19,771 bases of DNA. Origin: Bdellovibrionales bacterium (lineage in GTDB: Bacteria; Bdellovibrionota; Bdellovibrionia; Bdellovibrionales; JAMPXM01). The translations under genes were made by a program, and so were the position numbers. The notes beneath the pieces were generated by a model that had not been told where the DNA came from, did not search any database, and was given only the letters and a program-made list of their open reading frames with translations. This document shows positions 1 through 6,010 of this stretch, in pieces (positions within the stretch are counted from its first letter, which is position 1; the number at the start of each line of letters is the position of its first letter). The stretch lies in contig JAYUEN010000100.1 of assembly GCA_043739185.1 (NCBI GenBank), forward strand, positions 1-19,771. Reading direction: 5' to 3'.

Positions 1-11
1 TGGTCCTACTC

Positions 12-248
12 CTATTCCCGTCGGGAATTCGACGTAGGACGGCTATAGCTTGAGATTTCAGACGGCGGAAGCGCGGGAGCGGCATTATGTGTAGCGATAT
101 GTCCGTAAAGGCTTGAAATCACCTTTATCAAGAGCACAGTCCACATAATCCAGCGCCTCACATAACAAATGTTATGTCGAGCACCACATACCATTTGAAA
201 TTTTAGATTCATTTCGAAAGTGATGTAGTTGTTTTGATTTTGTTCCAT
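12..248 (-). CDS. Small hypothetical protein (78 aa) with one hydrophobic segment
   Basis: AAGGAG RBS precedes ATG at 248 (MEQNQ...); hydrophobic stretch WIMWTVLLIKVISSLY; no recognisable family. Confidence 0.4.
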   Translation of the reverse strand: MEQNQNNYITFEMNLKFQMVCGARHNICYVRRWIMWTVLLIKVISSLYGHIATHNAAPALPPSEISSYSRPTSNSRRE

Positions 249-509
249 AAACGATCTCCTTTTACCCACGCCGAAAGGCAGGAGAAGGAGGCGCTTTATG
301 AACAAATATCGGCCTCAATTTTGATATTTAAGTGGTGCAATAACTTAAGCGCTTTGATCAGAGTGAACTGCTGGAATGCTTAAATTTGAAAACGTGGCCT
401 GCATGTCGGCTTCTTTCAATCCGTTTTAGACAAATCTCCCAGGAAATTTCTTTTGTAAGATCGCTCGCTACAGCGTTTTCCTAATCCTCCCTTTGCATCG
501 GTCTGCGCC

Positions 510-690
510 AGGGCCTAACGGCTATTTCCTGTCACGCCCTCTGCCTCTACCGCACCTCTCGGGTGCTCTCGTGTGTCGGTCGGGGTAAACACCTTCGCTC
601 TCTCAAACTTCTCACTTCGGGGCCTTGCCCTTTGTGAAAGGCCCACTCGATAGAGAGCGAAGCCAAAAAACAAAATAACTTTCACAAGGA
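510..690 (+). promoter_or_regulatory. Structured leader upstream of ORF 698 (candidate ssDNA promoter or cis-regulatory RNA)
   Basis: Perfect 11-bp stem CTTCGCTCTCT (593-603)/AGAGAGCGAAG (652-662) enclosing GGGCCTT (620-626)/AAGGCCC (638-644); small hairpin GCACC/GGTGC (552-566). Confidence 0.45.
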
Positions 691-697
691 GAAAGTC

Positions 698-1072
698 ATG
701 GAAAACACAGTTCAAAATAAACCCGCTCAAGCGACACGAATCACTCAAGGATTCAGTGCGAACCCACAAGTATATCTCAACTCTGATCGCGGCAGTATCA
801 CGCACCGCTTGGGAGCTGATCTAAAAATAGAAATGCCCATCAATCTTTATAAAAAGATTCTAGGACTTCCTTTCGAAAAGAAGGCGTCAGTTCAATCGTC
901 AGAAACTACTCGTCCTAACATCTACGGCTTAGTTGCTCGACCCGTGATTTTTCTCAGTCAAGACGGCAATTACCTCGTCCACAGCGTTCTTGGAATTCGC
1001 ATTTCAAAACATGTGAACTACTACAAACAAATCCTTGGAGCCGAATACACTCCAAAAACTAAGACCGCATAA
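698..1072 (+). CDS. Hypothetical protein made of two internal repeats of about 45 aa
   Basis: Strong AAGGAG RBS, own terminator, and clear internal duplication (GxxAxPx[VI][YF]LxxDxxx[IL]xH...NxYKxILG twice). Confidence 0.85.
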   Translation: MENTVQNKPAQATRITQGFSANPQVYLNSDRGSITHRLGADLKIEMPINLYKKILGLPFEKKASVQSSETTRPNIYGLVARPVIFLSQDGNYLVHSVLGIRISKHVNYYKQILGAEYTPKTKTA

Positions 1073-1084
1073 GCGGTTCGAGAT

Positions 1085-1110
1085 AACCTGGAGGCACTAG
1101 CCTCCAGGTT
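1085..1110 (+). terminator. Intrinsic terminator-like hairpin after ORF 698
   Basis: Perfect 11-bp inverted repeat AACCTGGAGGC-acta-GCCTCCAGGTT starting 13 nt after the stop; short U tract. Confidence 0.75.
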
Positions 1111-1207
1111 TAAATACTCACAATAGACAAACTTGCTTCGCAACTTTGATTTCATTCTGAATCGCACTTTTCACGTCTTGCAAATTCGATTTCTCTTTTC
1201 ACTGAGT

Positions 1208-1345
1208 CCCGCCAGCCCCTTCGTGTCTGTCATGCCTCATGATCGGCCCTCAAGGGCCTAAGCGAGAAATCGAGCAATCCGCGCCAACCACTCTTAATTT
1301 TCCCCCCGCCAAGCAAGCTTGGGGCGTACCTGGCGGGCGAAAAAT
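1208..1345 (+). promoter_or_regulatory. Structured leader upstream of ardA (candidate ssDNA promoter)
   Basis: CCCGCCAG (1208-1215) is complementary to CTGGCGGG (1330-1337); hairpins GGCCC-tcaa-GGGCC (1245-1258) and CCAAGC-aa-GCTTGG (1309-1322). Confidence 0.45.
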
Positions 1346-1378
1346 GTTTTTTTGAAACCATTAGAAGGAGAGCAGTCC

Positions 1379-1924
1379 ATGAATAACCAAGAACAACAAA
1401 CCAGTCCTAGAATTTACGTCGCATGTCTAGCTGCCTACAACGCAGGACAACTGCATGGCGAATGGATCAATGCTGACCGAGAAGCAAACGAAATTCAGGC
1501 AGACATCAAATCCATGTTGGAAAGATCGCCGGAATCCAGAGCCGAAGAGTGGGCAGTCCACGATTACGAAGGCTTCCACTCAATCTCTCTAAGTGAGTGG
1601 CCCGATATAGAGTGCGTTTCAACTCTTGCAAAACTGATTGTCGCACATGGCGAACCATTTTCGATCTGGTATCAGAACCAAGATGGTAGCAACTTTGAAA
1701 TTTCGGGACTTGAAGAAATGTTTTTAGAACAGTGGCAGGGGTCTTTTGAGTCTGAGACTGACTTCGCATTTAAACTGCTCGACGAATCAGGGCAACTGAG
1801 CGAACTTCCAGCCTGGGCTCAAAACTATTTTGATTATGAAAGCTACGCTAGGGACCTTCATTTAGGTGGGGATTTTTCTTTCACACGGCACAATTGTCAG
1901 ACCTACGTTTATCGTAATTGTTAG
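1379..1924 (+). CDS. ardA: Antirestriction protein ArdA (DNA-mimic inhibitor of type I restriction-modification)
   Basis: Signature PRIYVACLAAYNAGQLHGEWI, EEWAVHDYEGF and C-terminal YFDYESYARDL; very acidic. Start moved to ATG 1379 after the GAAGGAG RBS. Confidence 0.95.
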   Translation: MNNQEQQTSPRIYVACLAAYNAGQLHGEWINADREANEIQADIKSMLERSPESRAEEWAVHDYEGFHSISLSEWPDIECVSTLAKLIVAHGEPFSIWYQNQDGSNFEISGLEEMFLEQWQGSFESETDFAFKLLDESGQLSELPAWAQNYFDYESYARDLHLGGDFSFTRHNCQTYVYRNC

Positions 1925-1961
1925 AGAGCGACTCTCTACCTTTCCTTCGACGGAAGGATTC

Positions 1962-1996
1962 AAGGCGGACAGCATTTTCGTGCAGTCCGCCTTTTC
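1962..1996. terminator. Terminator between convergent ardA and RHH-like gene
   Basis: AAGGCGGAC (1962-1970)/GTCCGCCTT (1985-1993) stem followed by T residues; two further small hairpins at 1922-1938 and 1943-1958. Confidence 0.7.
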
Positions 1997-1998
1997 GT

Positions 1999-2358
1999 TT
2001 ATGCAGCATTCGCAGTTTGCGACTGCTCTACTAGAAACCCAGAAAACTCCTTTGTTAGCATGAAGCCTGTGAACTCATCGCGGGAGATAGGTCCACGGAT
2101 TTCTATATACCGCTGTCGCAATTGCTCTTTGCGGTCTTCGTTCGACAAGGACTGATCTTGCAGCTTTTTGATGTGTTCGTCAGACACAAGATCGAGTGCA
2201 AGACTTAGCAATTGATCGACCTTAATCTTGCGACCGACTTTCTTCTTATTTGCCGAAAGCAAAAGTCTTTCGGCCTTCTTTTGGACTTCAGAATTGATGC
2301 GGATTGATTTTGGTTTTGGGTTCGACTTTAAATTTGTTTTTGTAATTTTAGATTCCAT
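1999..2358 (-). CDS. Hypothetical basic protein, possibly ribbon-helix-helix DNA-binding
   Basis: GGAG RBS; Lys-rich N-terminus with KSIRI strand followed by two predicted helices (SEVQKKAERLL; VDQLLSLALDL), an RHH-like pattern. Confidence 0.7.
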   Translation of the reverse strand: MESKITKTNLKSNPKPKSIRINSEVQKKAERLLLSANKKKVGRKIKVDQLLSLALDLVSDEHIKKLQDQSLSNEDRKEQLRQRYIEIRGPISRDEFTGFMLTKEFSGFLVEQSQTANAA

Positions 2359-2385
2359 TGTTTGCTCCGTTAAATTTAGTTTTTG

Positions 2386-2781
2386 TTAGTTCGTTTGAGT
2401 TTCTTGCGACACATCGCCCTTGATTTCGACAATGCCTTGGTCCTTTGGTCGCTTCAAAATCTGAGACATGACTGCTCGAATGGCTGCGAGCTGTTCGTCA
2501 TCCATGAAACCAATCATTGATACACAGTCGTCTTTGAAACTGAGAACTGTCTTGTTGCCTGCGATCTTGTCGAACTGCTCCATCGTGTAGCCATAGGCCC
2601 TCACCATCTGCTCCACCCGAAAGCCTTCAACGGCGCGTTTCCCATTTTCAAAATGGCTAATCGTCGTGTGGGTTACGCCCACAATGGACGCCGCCTGACG
2701 TGTCGTCAGACGTGCATTTTCGCGCAAACGCTTTAGAACATTTGCGACACTTTCATTTTTGTTTTTGGTTACTGGCTGCAT
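2386..2781 (-). CDS. XRE-family helix-turn-helix transcriptional regulator
   Basis: LKRLRENARLTTRQAASIVGVTHTTISHFENGKR is a canonical HTH_3 pattern; start moved to ATG 2781 after the AAGGAG RBS. Confidence 0.88.
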   Translation of the reverse strand: MQPVTKNKNESVANVLKRLRENARLTTRQAASIVGVTHTTISHFENGKRAVEGFRVEQMVRAYGYTMEQFDKIAGNKTVLSFKDDCVSMIGFMDDEQLAAIRAVMSQILKRPKDQGIVEIKGDVSQETQTN

Positions 2782-2905
2782 GTTTCTTGTCTCCTTTAGT
2801 TGATGCTTTCCAGACATCGAACTTGGAAACTACGAAACGCTGTTGTTTTGAGAAGTTAGCTGGCGGTTTCCAGCTTTCCAACTTCCTGAAGTTTTCTATT
2901 TTTCC

Positions 2906-2934
2906 GTAGCACAAAAGTAGCACTGAAATAGCAT
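2906..2934. repeat. Three 7-bp direct repeats at 11-bp period (candidate integrase arm-type sites)
   Basis: GTAGCAC (2906-2912), GTAGCAC (2917-2923), ATAGCAT (2928-2934). Confidence 0.6.
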
Positions 2935-3108
2935 AACTCAGGAATTTTGGCGTATTCTCGCGTGACGATGGACGAAATCGAACCGAATCGCTCGTTAAAC
3001 TTTATCTCTTTGTAATTGCTGTTTTCTTTTTACTTTTCGCGGAGTTAGGAAGGTGAAACTGAAGTCATTTGCGGTTGATCCATTTTTTCATTTTACCCGA
3101 GAGTAAAA

Positions 3109-3198
3109 TGGCGGAAAGACAGGGATTCGAACCCTGGAGCGGGATTAACCGCTACACGCTTTCCAAGCGTGCGCCTTCAGCCACTCGGCCATCTTTCC
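3109..3198 (-). tRNA. tRNA-Ser (anticodon GGA)
   Basis: Reverse complement GGAAAGATGGCCGAGTGGCTGAAGGCGCACGCTTGGAAAGCGTGTAGCGGTTAATCCCGCTCCAGGGTTCGAATCCCTGTCTTTCCGCCA: acceptor stem, CACGC/GCGTG anticodon stem with GGA, long variable arm, TTCGAAT T-loop, encoded CCA. Confidence 0.98.
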
Positions 3199-3217
3199 GT
3201 ATCAATTCAGCAAGAGA

Positions 3218-3246
3218 TTTTTAAGACGATTTCGAGCGCTCTTCAA
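3218..3246 (-). promoter_or_regulatory. Possible sigma70 promoter for tRNA-Ser
   Basis: TTGAAG-N17-TAAAAA on the minus strand, ending about 20 nt before the tRNA 5' end; imperfect match. Confidence 0.35.
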
Positions 3247-3287
3247 TCAAAATTATCAAATATGTAATTCCGCAATTTAGACGAGCC

Positions 3288-4124
3288 TTAGCGAGCAGCT
3301 CCGGTTTTTGCGATGATGCCATCGAGCCATGAATCGGGCAAAAAACGAAGCGAATTTGCGATTTTGGCATCTTTGCCAACTAAGTAACGCGAGTGCGGGT
3401 TCTTAGCCTCGAGTGCATGCCGTACGACTTTAAATACCGCCTCGGGCTCGGCAGCGCCTCCCAAATTTGCATCTAGGTTTGAGGTCAATTTATCTACCAT
3501 TGGTCGATATATTTCTTGGGCATGTCTTGGGATCTGCTGCATCAGCTTGAATGCTCGGTCTTTTGACCGCTCCCAGATTGGCGTCTTTATCATTCCCGGC
3601 TCAATTAGACTCACCCGTATACCACTGTTTTTTAGCTCTCTGCGAAGTGCATCGCTCACGGCCTCCACCGCGTGCTTTGACGCCGCATAAGCACCTACCA
3701 GTGGTGTTGTCACTTTGCCAGAAATAGATCCGATATTAATGATTCTTCCCTTTGATATCCGCAAATGAGGCAAACTCGCCTGCGTTGCCCGAAGCAAACC
3801 AGTGACGTTGACATCTAGCTGCTCTTGAAATGCCTCTATTGGAATGAACTCGAGCGGAGAAGCAATCGCAATTCCCGCATTATTAATAAGACAATAGAGA
3901 TTTTCATCTCTGATGATCTTGAAGCAACTCGCAATGCTTTCTTGCTTTTGAACATCAATTATTATTGGAACGAGATTCTTTACGTTCAGCTCGCTCAGAT
4001 TTTTTTCGTCGCTTGGCTTTCGAACACCGGCAAAAACTTTATACTCTGTGGTTTCTGCAATCCGCTTTGCTAAATGAAGTCCGATCCCGCTGGAAGCGCC
4101 GGTGATTAAAATTGAACTCTGCAC
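3288..4124 (-). CDS. Short-chain dehydrogenase/reductase (SDR) family oxidoreductase
   Basis: TGASSGIG Rossmann motif, NNAG, catalytic YAASK; probable GTG start at 4124 overlapping the upstream TAG, with a GAGGTG RBS. Confidence 0.95.
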   Translation of the reverse strand: MQSSILITGASSGIGLHLAKRIAETTEYKVFAGVRKPSDEKNLSELNVKNLVPIIIDVQKQESIASCFKIIRDENLYCLINNAGIAIASPLEFIPIEAFQEQLDVNVTGLLRATQASLPHLRISKGRIINIGSISGKVTTPLVGAYAASKHAVEAVSDALRRELKNSGIRVSLIEPGMIKTPIWERSKDRAFKLMQQIPRHAQEIYRPMVDKLTSNLDANLGGAAEPEAVFKVVRHALEAKNPHSRYLVGKDAKIANSLRFLPDSWLDGIIAKTGAAR

Positions 4125-5134
4125 TACAAGCACCTCGTGAGTAAAATGTTTTTTGTGGTCCCGTCAAAGGACTGTAAGCTAGCTGTCCCACAGCCTGTCA
4201 ATGTCATTGTTTCTTGCTTTCCTACCATGGCGGCGCCCGTTGTTGTTGGCGCATGGGTCCCCGCCGAAAAACTGGTGGTAACGCTACCTGAAGTTGGCCA
4301 GCAGCAGAAATCAGAATGGACAACACTATTGAACTGCACGGTCGCAATCACTTGAGCCAAATTATGATAGACCGTAACATTTCCCGATACTGTTCTTGCC
4401 GTTAAACTTGTTGGTGTAACACTAAGACTTGCTGAGAGTGAGTGATCAAATACTCCGGTCACATATTCGCGATGACCAAAATTGAGTGAGTTTCTAAATC
4501 CTGCAGGCCCGAATCCAACCGCTGAACCGTAGCCACCGTGAAAAATAGTTGCAATTGTGGCATTGTCAAAATTTGCGAGATTAGCTGAGGCATCGTCGAT
4601 ATTGATAACGGCACCTTGAGCCGTTGTGAGCGTTGCGCTTGAGGGCGTTGTGACGCCGGCACTTGTTACAAATTGTCGATAAAAATATCCGTTTGAAATA
4701 GTTGAAGGAAAGCTTCCACACGCGGCGCTGCCTGAAGAAAGCTCGAAGTTCAAATTGCCCTTCCAGGTCGCTGTCGAAGAACCAAATACACAGTCATTAT
4801 AGCTAAACCACAAATCACTTCCCGCGGCTGAACAACCCGCACCTTGTGCGGTTTTAAAATTTGGGCATATGCTTGAGGCAAATGCTGCAGGGATAAATTG
4901 CACTCCCGCCAAAGCTTCAAAGAAATTTCCCTTGGCCGCGGGACGTTTGTACGAGGCCATGGTGCCACCAGAGCCCGAGCTACTTAAAGCCCCCCCAGCG
5001 GCACTAATTGCTGAGCCGGTTGTCGAAATATCTTCGGAATCTGGATTCCCGGTAGATGTTCCGCCGCAACCTACAAGTACTATGCTTGCCATCAGCGCCA
5101 GGCCGATACTCGTGATTAATTTATGGTTTTTCAT
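4124..5134 (-). CDS. Cys-rich lipoprotein B (paralog of 6011-6991)
   Basis: Signal peptide with lipobox LVG-C23; S/G/T linker; 8 further Cys, all aligned with the paralog. Confidence 0.88.
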   Translation of the reverse strand: MKNHKLITSIGLALMASIVLVGCGGTSTGNPDSEDISTTGSAISAAGGALSSSGSGGTMASYKRPAAKGNFFEALAGVQFIPAAFASSICPNFKTAQGAGCSAAGSDLWFSYNDCVFGSSTATWKGNLNFELSSGSAACGSFPSTISNGYFYRQFVTSAGVTTPSSATLTTAQGAVINIDDASANLANFDNATIATIFHGGYGSAVGFGPAGFRNSLNFGHREYVTGVFDHSLSASLSVTPTSLTARTVSGNVTVYHNLAQVIATVQFNSVVHSDFCCWPTSGSVTTSFSAGTHAPTTTGAAMVGKQETMTLTGCGTASLQSFDGTTKNILLTRCL

Positions 5135-5985
5135 TTTGGCTCCTCACCATTGTTTTTAGTCTGACGAGTAAACGGAAAAAGTGCTACTTCAAGATGATAA
5201 ATGCGCTCTCCGTCTTTTTCTTTTCGACCTATTTCTCTGATTTTTTCAATTGCTTCATTTAAAATTTTTTGAGTTTTTTCAAAGCTGGCCTGACTAACGG
5301 CCAAAGTATGGCCTTGAATGTTTCGGTCCGCACTATTCACTTTGTCGATTGATAAAATTGCCAAATCAAAAATCTCTCGGTGAAACTTTGCCAACGCCAT
5401 TCGATAAACTGGGCCACTACAGTTCAAATCTTTTTCGGGCGGAATCACTTCTCCTGCCTGGTTTACCTCTAAATACTTATGGAGTTTTAAAAACTCAATT
5501 GCGTCTTTAATTTCTTTTAATGGAACTGAATAGTTAAGCTGATCTTGAATCCACTCCGGGTCGAGCTTAAATTCGGTCAAGCAAGCCATTTCTCGAATCG
5601 CCACATAATACCAACGAGATAGGTAGGTATAAACTTCGGTGTCCTGTTGGTTATGTGTCTGATACTTTTTGAAGTCTTGCATTCTTTCAATTGCGATCAC
5701 TCTTGCTTCATGCGAATCCGAAATTCCGAGCACGAGTAGATTTTCAAAAAAACTTTGTTCGGCTGCAATTAATCCTAAAAACGGAATGAGCTTACTAAGG
5801 GCCGCTTGCGAGAGTTCGCGTTTTCCGCCCATAACCATTGGCAAATAACCGCTTGCGAGTCCGGCTTTCTTTGAAAGACTCCGTAATGAAAATTTGGATT
5901 GGCTAGACTTTTTAAAGGCCAACCAATCCTTAAGAAATAAGCGATAGTCGCTGTATTTATAAATTTCAGGACGTTCGATATTCAA
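5131..5985 (-). CDS. TIGR02147 / DUF4423 family protein with N-terminal HTH
   Basis: Family hallmarks YxDYRxFLKD, FSLRSLSKKAGLASGYL...GKRELS, WYYVAIRE, FHREI, and C-terminal IYHLEVALFP; TTG start 7 nt after AGGAG. Confidence 0.92.
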   Translation of the reverse strand: MNIERPEIYKYSDYRLFLKDWLAFKKSSQSKFSLRSLSKKAGLASGYLPMVMGGKRELSQAALSKLIPFLGLIAAEQSFFENLLVLGISDSHEARVIAIERMQDFKKYQTHNQQDTEVYTYLSRWYYVAIREMACLTEFKLDPEWIQDQLNYSVPLKEIKDAIEFLKLHKYLEVNQAGEVIPPEKDLNCSGPVYRMALAKFHREIFDLAILSIDKVNSADRNIQGHTLAVSQASFEKTQKILNEAIEKIREIGRKEKDGERIYHLEVALFPFTRQTKNNGEEPK

Positions 5986-6010
5986 AACATTTCTCCTGCT
6001 AAAGTATTAA

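Larger units (their letters stand above)
1..3108. mobile_element. Right end of a putative integrative element or genomic island inserted at the tRNA-Ser 3' end (continues left of the window)
   Basis: Abuts the 3' CCA end of tRNA-Ser; contains ardA, XRE-HTH and RHH-like genes and 11-bp-period direct repeats about 175 bp from the tRNA. Integrase and second att copy are not in the window. Confidence 0.7.

Noticed and set aside
64..78. GGCGGAAGCGCGGGA, resembling the tRNA 3' end (possible second att site)
   Set aside because: Only 7 contiguous bases match, the TTCGA T-loop is missing, and it lies within an ORF; likely chance.
515..805. 96-aa minus-strand ORF
   Set aside because: Overlaps the well-supported ORF 698 and its structured leader; no RBS or family features.
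1319..1378. Upstream TTG start for ardA
   Set aside because: Lies within the hairpin leader; the RBS and family N-terminus support ATG 1379.
3089..3110. CATTTTAC/GTAAAATG inverted repeat at the tRNA 3' end as a terminator
   Set aside because: AT-rich 8-bp stem overlapping the CCA end; too weak to call, though it could belong to the att region.
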